This document shows, in pieces, positions 1 to 12,825 of a stretch of DNA of 64,000 nt. The translations under genes were made by a program, and so were the position numbers. The DNA lies in NCBI GenBank assembly GCA_035221665.1, contig CM069165.1, positions 3,286,001-3,350,000 on the forward strand, in the 5' to 3' direction. Positions within the stretch are counted from its first letter, which is position 1, and each line of letters starts with the position of its first letter. Below the pieces are notes generated by a model. The model did not search any database, was not told where the DNA came from, and worked only from the letters and a program-made list of their open reading frames with translations. This stretch comes from Okamejei kenojei (Eukaryota).

Positions 1-775
1 CTGACTCCAGCAGATTCCCCACAATTACGATGTTAGTCTACTATGCTGGTCTGTAATTCCCCCGTTTTCTCTCTCCCTCCTTTATCAAAAAGTGGGATTA
101 CATTAGCTACCTCCAATCCTCAGGAACGGTGCCTCCAGAATTTTTTAAAGAGTTTTGAAAAATTATCACTAATGCATCCACTATTTCTGTTGCTACTTCC
201 TTGAGTACTCTGAGACGTAGCCTATCTGGCCCTGGGGATTTATCGGCCTTTAATCCATTCCATTTACCCAACACCACTTCCCGGCTAACCTGTATTTCAC
301 TCAGTTCCTCCATCTTATTTGACCCCCGGACCCCTGCTATTTCCGGCAGATTGTTTATGTCTTCCTTAGTGAAGACAGAACGAAAGTAGTTATTCAATTG
401 GTCTGCCATGTACTTGTTCCCCATGATCATTTCACCTGTTTCTGACTGCATGGACCTACATTTGTTTTAACTAATCTTTTACTCTTCACATGTCTATGAA
501 AACTTTTGCAGTCAATTTTTATCTTCCCTGTCAGTTTTCTTACATAATATATTATCCCTTCCCTAATTAAGCCCTTTGTCCTCCTCTGCTGGACTCTGAA
601 TTTCTCCCAGTTCCCTGGTAGGTTTTTTTTCTGGCTTTTTGATACTATCCCTGATTTCCCTTGTTAACCGTGGATGCACCACATTCCTTGATTTATTATT
701 TTGCAAACTGTGATGAACAATTGCTGTATTTCATCCATGCAGTCTTTAAATGCCTTCCAATGCCTATCCACTTTC
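1..775 (-). mobile_element. CR1 LINE ORF2 fragment
   Basis: LNNYFRSVFTKED...KSPGPD...LKEVA...IFQNSL..G.VPEDWR. Confidence 0.9.
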
Positions 776-3700
776 ATAGAAACATAGAAACATAGAAACA
801 TAGAAATTAGGTGCAGGAGTAGGCCATTCAGCCCTTCGAGCCTGCACCGCCATTCAATATGATCATGGCTGATCATCCAACTCAGTATCCCGTACCTGCC
901 TTCTCTCCATACCCTCTGATCCCCTTAGCCACAAGGGCCACATCCAACACTCTTAAATATAGCCAATGAACTGGCCTCAACTACCCTCTGTGGCAGAGAG
1001 TTCCAGTGACTCACCACTCTCTGTGTGAAAAAAGTCTTTCTCATCTCGGTCTTAAAGGATTTCTTCCCCCTTATCCTTAAGCTGTGACCCCTTGTCCTGG
1101 TCTTCCCCAACATCGGGAACAATCTTCCTGCTAGCCTGTCTTAAGAATTTTTTAAAGAAGGAACTTTTGCAGATGCTGGAGAATCGTACACAAAAGCTGG
1201 AAATCTCAACGCAGCATCTAAGGAGCGAAGGAGATTAGGCGACGTTTCGGGTCGAGACCCTTCTTCAGACTTAAGAATTTTGTAAGTTTCTATAAGATCC
1301 CCTCTCAATCTCCTAAATTCCAGAGAGTTATAAAACCGAGTCTATCCAGTCTTTCTTCATAAGACAGTCCTGACATCCCAGGAATCAGTCTGGTGAACTT
1401 CTCTGCACTCTCTCTATGCAATAATGTCCTTCCTCAGATTTGGAGACCAAAACTGTACGCAATACTCCAGGTGTGGTCTCACCAAAACCCTGTACAACTG
1501 AAGTAGAACCTCCCTGCTCCTGTACTCAAATCCTTTTGCTATGAAAGCTAACATAACCATTCGCTTTTTTTTCACTGCCTGCTGCACCTGCATGCCTACT
1601 TTTAATGACTGGTGTACCATGACACCCAGTCTCGCTGCTCTCCCCTTTTCCTAATCCGGCCACCATTTTAAATAATAGTCTGCTTTCCTGTTTTTGCCAC
1701 CAAAGTGGATAACCTCACATTTATCCACATTATACTGCATCTGCCAAACATTTGCCCACTCACCAAGCCTATCCAAGTCACCTTGCAGTCTCCTAGCATC
1801 CTCCTCACAGCGTACACTGCCCCCCAGCTTAGTGTCATCCGCAAACTTGGAGATATTGCCTTCAATTCCCTCATCCAGATCATTAATATATTATTGTAAA
1901 TAGCTGGGGTCCCAGCAACTGAGCCTGAGCCCGCGGTAAACCCCACTAGTTACTGCCTGCCATTGTGAAAAGGACCCGTTTACTTCCTACTCTTTGCTTC
2001 CTGTTTGCCAGCCAGTTCTCTATCCACATTAATACTGAACCCCCTAATACCTTATGCTTTAAGTTTGTATAACTAATCTCCTTGTCGAAAGCCTTGGGAA
2101 GTCCAGATATACCACATCCACTGGTTCTCCCTTATCCACGCTACTAGTTACATCCTCGAAAAATTCCACAAGATTTCGTCAGACATTGATTTTACCTTTT
2201 GTAAATCCATGCTGACTTTGTCCAATGATTTCACCACTTTCCAAATGTGCTGCTATCCCATCTTTAATAACTGACTCTAGCAGTTTCCCCACTACCGATG
2301 TTAGACTAACTGGGTCTGTAATTCCCCGTTTTCTCCTCTCCCTCCCTTCTTAAAAAGAGGGGTTACATTTGCTACCCGCCAATCCTCAGGAACTACTCCA
2401 GAAATCTAAAGAGTTTTGAAAGATTATCACTAATGCATCCACTATTTCCTGAGCTACTTCCTTAAGTACTCTGGGATGCAAGCCTATCTGGCCCTGGGGA
2501 TTTTATCGGCCTTTAATCTATTCAATTTACCCAACACCACTTCCCGACTGACCTGGATTTCACTCAATTCCTCCTTTGACCCACAGTCCCCTGCTATTTC
2601 AGGCAGATTATTTATGTCTTCCTTAGTGAAGACGGAACCAAAGTAGTTATTCAATTGGTCCCGCCATTATCCTTGTTCCCCATGATCAACTCGCCTTTTC
2701 TGACTGCAAGGGACCTACATTTGTTTTAACTAACCTCTTTCTCTTCACATATCTATAAAAACTTTTGCAGTCAGTTTTTATGTTCCCTGCCAGTTTTCTT
2801 TCATAATCTAATTTTTCCTTTCCTAATTAAGCCCTTTGTCCTCCTCTGCTGGTCTCTGAATTTCTCCCAGTCCTCTGGTATGCTGCTTTTTCTGGCTACT
2901 TTGTACGTATCATCCTTTGCTTTGATACTATCCCTGATTTCCCTTGTTATCCACGGATGCACTAACCTTCCCCGATTTATTCTTTTGCCAAACTGGGATG
3001 AACAATTTTTGTAGTTCATCCCATGCAGTCTTTAAATATCTTCCATTGTATATCCACCGTCAACCATTTTTAGGATTAATTGCCAGTCAATCTTGGCCAA
3101 TTCACGTCCTCATACCTCAAAGTTACCTTTCTTAAGTTCAGAACCATTGTTTCTGAATTAACAATGTCACTCTCCATCCTAATGAAGAACTCAAACCATA
3201 TTATGGTCACTCTTGCCCAAGGGGGCACGTACAACCAAGACGGCTAATTACCCCTTCCTCATTACTCAAAACCCAGTCTAAAATAGCCTGCTCTCTTCGT
3301 TGGTTTCCTCTACTATGTTGATTTAGATAACTATCCCGCATATACATTCCAAAAAATCCTCTTCCTCAGCACCCCTGCCAATTTTGATTAACCCAATCTA
3401 TATGTAGATTGAAGTCACCCATTATAAACTGTTTTGACTTTGTCGCACGCATTTCTAATTTCCTGTTTGATACCATCCCCCAACTTCTCTGCTACTGTTA
3501 GGTGGCCTGTACACACAACACCAACCAGCGTTTTCTGCCCTTGTGTTTTGTAGCTCTAACCCATACCGATTTCCACATCCTCCAAGCTAATGTCCTTCCT
3601 TTCCATTGCGTTAATCTCCTCTCCTAACCAGCAAGCTAGACCCCACCTCCTTTTCCTTTCTCTCTATCCCTACCTGAATATTTAATATCCCTGGATGTTG

Positions 3701-5395
3701 AGATCTCCCAGCCTACGTCACCCTGGAGCCATGTCTCCGTGATCCCAACTATATCATAATCATTAATATCTAATCTGCACATTCAACTCGTCCACCTTAT
3801 TACGAATACTCCTTGCATTGAGACACAAAGCCTTCAGGCTTGTCTTTACAACGCACTTTACCTCCCCCTTATACAATTTTTGCTGAAAAGTGGCCCTTTT
3901 TGATTTTTGCCCTGGTTTTGTCTGCCCTGCCACTTTTACTTTTCACCCTTGCTACCTAATGCTTCTACCCTCATTTTACACACCCTCCTGCCTCTACTGC
4001 TCTTGTACCCATCCCCCTGCCACATTTAGTTTAAATTCCTCCCCGACAGCACTAGCAAAACACTCCCCCAAGAACAGTGGTTCCATTCCATTCCAGGTGC
4101 AAACCGTCCTGTTTTGTACCGGTCCCACCTCCCCCAGAACTGGTCCCCAGTGCCCTAAAATTTTGAATCCCTCCCCCTTGCACCACTTTTCAAGCCACGT
4201 ATTAATTTGCATTATCCTCCTATTTCTACTCTGACTGGCCCGTGGTACTGGTAGTAATCCGGAGATTACTACCTTTGAGGTCCTACTTTTAAGTTTATCT
4301 CCTAGCTCCCTAAATTCACCTTGCAGGACCTCATCCCTTTTTTTACCTATATCGTTGGTGCCAACATGCACCACGACAACTGGCTATTCACCCCCCCCCC
4401 CTTCCAGAATGTTCTGCAGCCGACATCCCTGACCTTTGCACCAGGGAGGCAAAATACCATTCTGGAGTCTTGTTTGCGGCCGCAGAAACGCCTATCTATT
4501 CCCCTGACAATTGAATCCCCTATTACTATTGCCCTTAAAACCCCTCCTCTTTTCCCCCCTCATGTGCTGCAGAGCCACCCATGGTGCCATGAACCTGGCT
4601 GCTGCTGCATTCCCCTGATGAGCCATCTCCCCTCAACAGTATCTAAAATGGTATACCTGTTGTTTAGGAGGGAGAATGACCGCATGGGACTCCTGCACAC
4701 TACCTGCCTACTGCTGCTTTGCTGGCTATTGGCCACCCGTTCCCTTCTTGTCCTCTTACCTTTTTGCCTGATGTGTGACCAACTCACTGTACGTTGCTAT
4801 CCACGACTTTCTCCGCATCGTGGATGCTCCAGTATGAATCCAGCCGCAGTTCCAATGCGGTCTGCCAGGAGCTGCAGCTGGACACACTTCCTGCAAACGT
4901 AGTCACCAGGGACACCAACCATCTCCCTGATCTCCCACATGTTGCAGGCTGAACAAACCACGGGACCAATCTGTACTGACATATCTTACTCCCAAATTAC
5001 ACTGTATTAAATATAAAAAAAAACACAAAAACTTACCCTTTAAACTTTACTACTCAATACTGAATCCTTAACTCCCAGAATCCCTCACTCCCAGAAGGCA
5101 GAAATGTAAAATTGTAAACCCGGGGTTGCACCCAATCAGCTGCTTCCTCAGGTCCTCCTCCACCAATCAGCGGCTTCCTCAAAAAAAAACCACTTCTCCA
5201 AATGGAACGTTATGGAAAAAACAAGCCCCGCGCTAGATTTTTATCCTTACCGGTCGGGTGTCGCTCCTCCCCCTCCTCTTCTTCCAACGGCTCCTGTGGG
5301 CCTCTGGAAAAACAAGCCCCGCGCTAGATTTTAATCCTTACCTGTCGGCTGTCGCTCCTCCCCCTCCTCTTCTTCCAACGGCTCCTGTGGGCCTC
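776..5395 (-). mobile_element. near full-length CR1-clade LINE (5'UTR, ORF1 zinc finger + SGNH esterase, ORF2 EN-RT, (CATAGAAA)n tail), frameshifted
   Basis: ORF1 pieces CSACNMWE..CRKC and VHVGTNDIG; ORF2 pieces RPHLEYCVQFWSP and TRGHSLRI; octamer tail at 776-806; 5' tandem repeats at about 5200-5395. Confidence 0.93.
1152..1269 (-). mobile_element. Penelope-like terminal-repeat fragment inserted into CR1, with target-site duplication
   Basis: Flanked by direct repeats CTTAAGAATTTT (1140-1151 and 1270-1281). Carries CTGAAGAAGGGTCTCGACCCGAAACGTC on the minus strand. Confidence 0.75.
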
Positions 5396-6900
5396 ACTTT
5401 CAACCTTTTAAAAATCAATTGCCAGTCTATCTTGGACAATTCTCGTCTCATACCTTCAAAGTTACCTTTCTTTAAGTTCAGAACCCTTGTTTCTGAATTA
5501 ATTATGTCACTCTCCATCCAAATGAAAAACTCAACCATATTATGGTCATTCTTGCCCAAGGGGCCACGCACAACAAGACTGCTAACTAACCCTTCATTAT
5601 TATTCAATACTCAGTCTAGAATAGCCTTCTCTCTCGTTGGTTCCTCAACATGTTGGTTTAGAAAACTATCCCGCACACATTCCTCTTCCTCAGCACCCCT
5701 GCCAATTTTATTCACTTAATCTTTATATAGATTGATGTCACCCATTATAACAGTTTTACCTTTGTTGCACGCATTTCCAATGTCTTGTTTGATGCCATCC
5801 CCAACTCCACTACTAATGGCTTGGTGGGTGGCGGTGGGGGTTGGGGGGGCTGTTAGATGGCCTGTACACAACGCCCACTTGCGTTTCATGCCCCATAGTG
5901 TTTCGCAGCTCAACCCATATCGATTCCACATCCTCCAAGCTAATGTTCTTCCTTTCTATTGCGTTAATCTCCCATCTAACCAGCAACGCTACCCCACCTC
6001 CTTTACCTTTCGGTCTTACCCTATTGAATATTGAATATCCCTGGACGTTCAGCTACCAGCCTTGATCACCCTGGAGCCATGTCTCCGTGATCCCAACTAT
6101 GGCATAGTCATTAATAGTTATCTGCACCTTCAACTCATCCGCCTTGTTACGAATGCTCGTCGCATTGAGACACAAAGCATTCAGGCTTGTTAGTCATCTG
6201 CAAATTTGCTAATGTTACCTTTAATCCCTGCATCTAAATTATTGATGTATATTATAAATATTACGGTCCCAACAGCGAGCCCTGTAGCACCCCGCTAGTC
6301 ACTGTCAGCCATTCTGAAAGGGAACCATTAATCCCAACTCTTCGCCTCCTGTCTGCCAACCAATTTTCTATCCATTCTTGTGCTCTAATTGTGCCCACCA
6401 ATCTCCTATGTGGGACATTATCAAAAGCTTTCTGAAAGACTAGGAACCCTAAATCAACTGTCGTCCATTTCCCTAGATATATTCTCAAAATTCCATAAAT
6501 TGAATCAAGCCTATTTTCCCCTTCGTAAATCCATGTTGACTCGGACCGATCCTGTTACCGCGATCTAAATGTGCCACTATTTCATATTTTATGATTGACT
6601 CCAGCACCTTCACCACCAACGATATCAGACTAACTGGTCTATATTTCCCTGCTTTCTCTCTCCCGCCTTTCTTAAATTCTGGGATAACATTATCTACCCT
6701 GCAGTCCACAGGAACTGATTCTGAATCTTAAAAGCATTGTAAAATGTTCACCAATGCGTCCACGATTTCTAGAGCCACTTCGCAGACTATCAGGTCCTGT
6801 GGCTTTATCAGTCTTCAGTCCCACCAGTCTACCCAACACCATTTTCTGCCGAATGTGAATTTAGTCAGTTCATCCGTCATGCTAGACCCTCTCTCCACTG
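5396..6900 (-). mobile_element. older CR1 ORF2 fragments (EN and RT), internally deleted
   Basis: PLGKNDHNMVEF, VIMGDIN, FQKAFDNVPH, YRPVSL, SGVLQGSLLGP. Confidence 0.88.
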
Positions 6901-7079
6901 GGGGTGAGTGTGGGGATGGGGGTGGGGGAGGGGTGTTGGGGCAGGGGGCAGCAGGGGTGGTTGGGGAGTTGTGGGGAGAGAGTACGAGAAAATACGGAAG
7001 TTGTGGGGAAGAGAGGAGAATCACGGGGTAGAGGGGGCACGAATCAGCTAGGGGGACGAGAGGGAAATAGTTTGTAAGA

Positions 7080-7660
7080 CTCACAGCGGGAGATGTGGAC
7101 TCACAGCTAGCGCTGTTCACTGTCCGTCGGTTGCTTCGCTGGTTGCTGGTCGCTGTCCTCGCCGGGATCAAAATCTCCGCTTTCCATTTCGGGCCAACGG
7201 CGCCGAATCTGTCGGGCCGGGCCGCTCGGGTCGGGTCGGGTCAGGTCGGGTCGGTCGGGTCGGGTCGGGTCGTGTCGGGTCGGGCCAGGACGGGTCCCTC
7301 CCTCCGAAAATTATGTCCGGTTGGAGACCTCTGCCGAGCCTCCCGCAGCTGCAGTAAAGGCGTAATGGCGTAGGAAGGGGTGCACCGTCCCGAGGAGTGA
7401 CAGCTGAAGAAACTAATTGCGCGGCGCTGGAAGGCAGGAGAAGAGATCGATCTGCACACGCGCGGTTTTTATGATATTTAAACTTCGAGAATGTTGACGT
7501 AATTCAACCAATCGGAACGAAACTTGTGGACCAGAAGCATAGGAGAACGGTTTGTGAACTGGTGAAAATCGCAGCGTTATGGCGAACCGTTTTGGGCAAA
7601 TAGAACGACTGCCACACCGGAAGATAACAAGATCAGTTGTAGTGCTAGGTAGACAGATAG
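7080..7660 (-). promoter_or_regulatory. CpG-island-like region with (GGTCG)n repeat; probable promoter/first exon of a neighbouring gene
   Basis: Very CpG-rich unique sequence, a (GGTCG)n tract at about 7226-7284, and two GTGAGT donors on the minus strand (7099-7104, 7079-7084). Confidence 0.55.
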
Positions 7661-8287
7661 ATCGANNNNNNNNNNNNNNNNNNNNNNNNNNNNNNNNNNN
7701 NNNNNNNNNNNNNNNNNNNNNNNNNNNNNNNNNNNNNNNNNNNNNNNNNNNNNNNNNNNNNNNNNNNNNNNNNNNNNNNNNNNNNNNNNNNNNNNNNNAG
7801 ATAGGCATATAGACAGATAGATAGACAGATAGAGAGATAGACAGATGGACAACGTCGCCTATCTCCTTCGCTCCTTAGATGCTGCTGCACCCGCTGAGTT
7901 TCTCCAGCGTTTTGTGTACCCTAGACAGATAGACAGATAGACGGATAGAACGGATATGAACTTTATTCAGCTCAGGCACTTTGAATCCTGGCAATTTCTG
8001 CTTTACACATGTATGACCAAAGTAAACGAGAAACAAGCGATTTATTTGCAGTAACTCTCTCTTTATTGCTTAAGATATAACCATGTACAGAAACAAAGAG
8101 ACAGATTGGATGATCTCTGGTGAATTTCGAGCGCTGTGAATTGGATGTGGAAAATCCCCTGAATTTACACGCAAATTGATCCTCTCGTCAAAGATGGAAC
8201 GGAGTCATGAGCACTTAACTAACGCGGCAAAGCAAATTAATATTCCAAAACGATTGCAAATCCGAGAAAGGTAGGATCATAGTATCT

Positions 8288-8590
8288 TGAAATCATAAAA
8301 TCATGGAGATATGCAAGCCTGAAATAGAGATATCATGGAATCATAAAGTTATACAAAACTGAAATCAACGATATAATGGAAACACAACATTATACAATCT
8401 TGAAATCAGGGTTACAATGGAATCATGATATTATTCAATACTGAAATCACAGATATGATCATGAAATTCTGATATCAGGGATATCATGAAAGCATGGTTA
8501 AACAACCTTGAAATCTGAGAGATCATAATCACAATGTAATACATTCTCAAAATCATAGAAACAGCTATATAATGCGCAAATCATGAACAA
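8288..8590. repeat. degenerate ~40-bp minisatellite (TGAAATC...ATGGAATCA...TATACAA)
   Basis: About 7 imperfect units, each beginning TGAAATC. Confidence 0.7.
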
Positions 8591-8963
8591 TGAGAGAATT
8601 TTATAAAATCATTAGAGACATAGATAGGGTAGACAGTCACTTCTGCCCTCCCCAGTGGGTCAAAGACTAGAGGGCATAGCTTCAAGGTGAGATGGGCAAA
8701 GTTTAAAGGCCATGTGCGCGGCAATTAATTTTTACACAAATGGTGGTGGGCGCCTGGAATGCGCTGCCGGGGGTGGCGGTGGAGACAGATACAAAAGTTG
8801 CCTCAGAGGCTATCACCTTGGCACATATAAGTCAAGTGAATGGAGGGATATGGATCACATGCAGGCAGAGAGGAACTTGGTGTTGTGTTCGGCACGGACA
8901 TTGTGGGCAGAGGGACCTGTTCCCGTGCTGTACTGTTCATTGGTCTCTGTAATAACCCTGTAA

Positions 8964-8969
8964 TTTAAT
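8964..8969 (-). terminator. candidate TRBC polyadenylation signal (ATTAAA); alternative AATAAA at about 8062-8067 and 8041-8046
   Basis: ATTAAA on the minus strand about 57 nt after the TRBC stop. Two AATAAA motifs lie about 1 kb further downstream in unique sequence. Confidence 0.4.
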
Positions 8970-9025
8970 ACAGGGTGTAATACATGCCTACTTTTGTACC
9001 ATTGTTGTTGAATCTCGTTGGTCCC

Positions 9026-9052
9026 TCAATCAAACCTCGTGTTGTAAGATGT
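9026..9052 (-). CDS. TRBC: TCR beta constant exon 4 (cytoplasmic tail and stop)
   Basis: tctttcttatttcag|ACATCTTACAACACGAGGTTTGATTGA encodes TSYNTRFD*. Phase 0 fits exon 3, and it resembles elasmobranch TCRbeta tails as I recall them. Confidence 0.88.
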   Translation of the reverse strand, partial: TSYNTRFD

Positions 9053-9309
9053 CTGAAATAAGAAAGATGGGATATCAATATTAAATTATGCAGCAGTGTC
9101 CCGACTCGAAGACAACGGGAAGAAAGAAAGCAAGGGAGGTGGAGAAAATGAGGGAGAGAAATAAAGAGAAGCAGAGAGAAAGCAACATAGAAGGGCAGAG
9201 ACAATACAGTACGGAAACAGGCTATATGGCCCAACTTGCCCATGCCAACCAAGTTGCCCCAGGTACTGTAGTCCCAGCTTCCTGTGTTTTGCTCACAGGT
9301 TAGGTAAGC

Positions 9310-9912
9310 ACATCAACGCCTCAACTTCCTTAGAATATTTGGCATGTCCCCATCAACCCTCACCAACTTCTATGGATGTGCATTTTATCGGGATTCATTA
9401 GAACATGGTTTGGGCACAGCTCCATCTAATTCCACAAGACATTGCAGAGGTGTGGACACAGCCCACACCATCAGGCAAAACAATCTCTCTTCCATGGACA
9501 CCAACCACGTTTCACGCTGCCCCTGCAAGACCACCAGCATATCAAGGAACACTCACACCGGTGACTCCCTCTTCGACCCTCTCTCATCGCGCAGGACGTA
9601 CAGAAGTTTGAAAACTGATACCTCCAAATTCGGGGATAATTTATTCCCGGCAGTATTAGGCAACTAAACCATTTCTCACCAACTTGAGAGCGGTCCTGAG
9701 CTCCCATCTGTCTAATTGGAGATGTTTGAACTATCTTTAATCTGACTTTATTGGACATCAATGTGATATATTTGCACTAAACCTTATTCTATTTACACTG
9801 TGGTTGGCTGCATTGTAATCATGTATAGTCCTTGACTGTACAGCACGCAACAAAAAAAACATTTCAACATAACTCGGTGCACGTGACTATAATAAACTTA
9901 ATTACAACTAAA
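9310..9912 (+). mobile_element. L2-like LINE 3' fragment
   Basis: MSPSTLTNFY...LFDPLSSRRTYRSLKTDTSKFGDNLFPAV resembles an L2-type RT C-terminus, followed by a gcacgcaacaaaa...gtgac.aataaac tail. Related copies lie at about 30080-30750 and (minus) 54480-55000. Confidence 0.7.
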
Positions 9913-11187
9913 TATCCCTCAAAAACTTCACTGTCCACGTATCTGTTCCTCGAGATTATGGATACGTGACGTTTCTGGCCCAGACCCTTCTCATCTATCC
10001 ATGTAATCCATAGATGCTGACTAAGCTTCTGAGTTACTCAAGGAATTTGCGTCCCTTTGTTTAACATTGGATAGAGTGCAGAGAAGATTTACCACGATGT
10101 TCCCAAGACTCAAAAGCACAGAGAGAGGTTAGGCAGGCTAGGACTTTATTCCTTGGCCTGCAGGAGGATGAGGGTTGATCTTATAGAGGTGGATAAATGC
10201 ATGACGGGAATAGAGAGGGTGAACACACATTCCCCTAGGGTTGGGTAATAGAGAACCAAAGGACATAGCTTCAAGTTGAGGGGGGTTGGGGTGGGGGGTG
10301 GGGGGAGCTTTAATAAGAACACGAGGCACAACTTATTTCAAACATAGTGTGGTGCGTATATGCAATGCGCTGCCAGAGGAGATAGTTGAAGCAGGTACTT
10401 TCACAATGTAGTTGGACAGGTACATGGATATGTTTAGATGAATATTGGCAAAATACAGGGTGGTGAGAGTAGTGTAGATGTGGCATCTTGGGCAGCTTGG
10501 GTATGTTGAGTCGAAAGATCTGTTTCCGTGTTGTACGCCTCTACAACTCTATGATTCATGCCTCAATGAAAAATATACCCCATCCCTCTGTGACAGGCAG
10601 GTGGATATAGAGTCAGAGTCAAACAGCGTGGAAGCGGGCCCTTCCTTTGTCGGCGTTTGGCCCATATCCCCATAAACCTCAGAAATCCAGGTACCTGCCT
10701 ACATAATTCTTAAACATTGTGATAGTACCTGCCTCAACTCCCTCCTCAGGCAGCTAATTCCATGCACCCACCACCCTTTGTGACAAAATGTTACCCCTTA
10801 GGTTCCCATTAAATCATTTCCCTCCTAACCTATGTCCTCTGGCTCTTGATTTCCCTACTCTGGGCAAAAGTGTCTGTGCGTTTGCCTGGTCTATTCCGCT
10901 CAAGATTTTGTACCCATTTATTAGATCACCCCTCATCCTCCTGCGTTCCAAGGTATAAAGTCCTAGCCTGCTGAAGCTCTCCCTATAGCTCAGTCAATCG
11001 AGTCCTAGCAACATCCGACTAAATCTTCTCTTTGAAGCTTGACATCATCTTTCCTATAACATTGTGGCTAAAGCTGAACACAATACTCTAGCTATGGATT
11101 CCCCAACATATTTTAGAACTTTAACATGGGTTCCCAACATATTCTGAACAAAATATATCTGAATACATTTCTCCCAGAATGACCTAC

Positions 11188-11294
11188 CTTGCCTTTGCAA
11201 GCTAATACAGACGCAATTATTCCATAGAGAATGCTCTTGCAAATCAGGATCAGATAAGTTAGTTTCCCAGCTTCCATTGTCTGCGTTTTGGCTT
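11188..11294 (-). CDS. TRBC: TCR beta constant exon 3 (transmembrane)
   Basis: ccttaacag|AAGCC...AAG|gtaggt encodes (E)AKTQTMEAGKLTYLILICKSILYGIIASVLACKGK, with the TCRbeta TM pattern Y-x5-K-x2-LY (CD3-pairing Lys). Phase 1 in, phase 0 out. Confidence 0.94.
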
Positions 11295-12825
11295 CTGTTA
11301 AGGGAACATACCAATTTGCTATGAACATATTTAGTTAAGAATTAAGTTTAAACAATAAAATTCTTACTTGTTAAAGTAGGATATGCACTTTAGCACAACA
11401 GAAAATTATGAATTAGCAATGGCTGGAGTTGCGGAGTGTGAAGAAAGCTGTCAATGTATACAACGGAATATAGATCAGCTACAGAAACGGGCGGAGAAAA
11501 GGTAATGGAATTTATTCCGAGCAAGTCAACGGTGTTAAACTTTGGGAGGTTGAATGTAAGGGGAAATACTACATTGAATGTCAAGACACTTATCAGCATT
11601 GATGTATAGAGGGATCTTGGTGTCCAAGTCCTGACTTCCATGAAAGAAGCAAGACAAATATATACAGTTCCCCACCAAGTTTAGATTATTGTCACGTGTA
11701 CCGAGATGCAGTAAAACGCTTTTGTTACGTGCTAACCAGTTAGCTGAAAGACAATCCAATATAAACCAAGGCATCCACAGTGTGCATACACATGATAAAG
11801 GGAATAATGTGAATATCATTTAGTTCACGATGAAGTCCAGTAAATCGTCTCAAACGATAAATGAAATCAATGCAAGGGAAGTTGGTTCATGTAATTGTCT
11901 GTGTTGCATCCACAATTATCTGCAGTTGCCTGCGCTCTTGAACGGAGCAGTTCCTATTCCCAATTTTCCAGCAACTAGTTGTCCGACATATCTTTAAATC
12001 AAGAGGAGAGGAGTGAAATTGTAAAGAAGGAAGTGCAGATGCTGGAAAATCGTGCGTACACAAAATGCTGGAGCAACTCAGCGGGTGCAGCAGCATCTAT
12101 GGAGCGAAGGAGATAGGCAAAGTTTCGGGCAGAAACCCTGTACGAGAGGGCACTTGAAATCCATCCCCCGGAAGTCTCCATCGAAAATGTGGCATCTACG
12201 CCTGATGAGGTAGTTGATATCGATCTCAGTGGGACTTCCATGGCTGATAGGCCGGTCGAATTTGTCTCCTGCGGCCAGGGTTCTGGATCTTTCTGGAACC
12301 AGCAGGACCATTGCCATAGCCGAATTCTGAGCGCGACATTGCGGGATCCATATCCCTGCACCTGATCGGCCTATGCGGACTGTTCCAGTAACGTTGTCCT
12401 CCTCTCGGAGGCCGTGATCTCGGCTGGTCTTCCAAAACGGATCATGCAGAAAGGGTGCTGGAAAATTGTGGGTGGTCCGGTAAAGAAGCCACACCGGATG
12501 CTTGCCTTTTTCGGTCGGGCATTGAGTATAGGTTTTGAATGAAAGGTGAAGAGATACAGGTCCTTCATCAATGTCCAGAAACCTTGGTTCCATAGCCTTT
12601 CCATATTATCAGTTGTGCTGGTCCAGCATAGGCCACGGCCTCTGAGAGGAGTCCAACTACTGGAATGGTCCACCTTGGCCATTGAGGAGCCGAGATCGGC
12701 CTCGGAAGTTGGCTATGGGAACGGATCTCCTGTAGTTCCAGAGCACTGGCTGCTGGGTGCATATTCGAGCCAACAATCGGCCGCGGAAGTCAGGATGAGT
12801 TCCAGATCAGCCACCTCGCCGTAGG

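Noticed and set aside
776-5000. Many single-base frameshifts in an otherwise young CR1
   Set aside because: The near-identical copy at 32946-33985 is almost clean. Homopolymer-type indels suggest sequencing or consensus error rather than biology.
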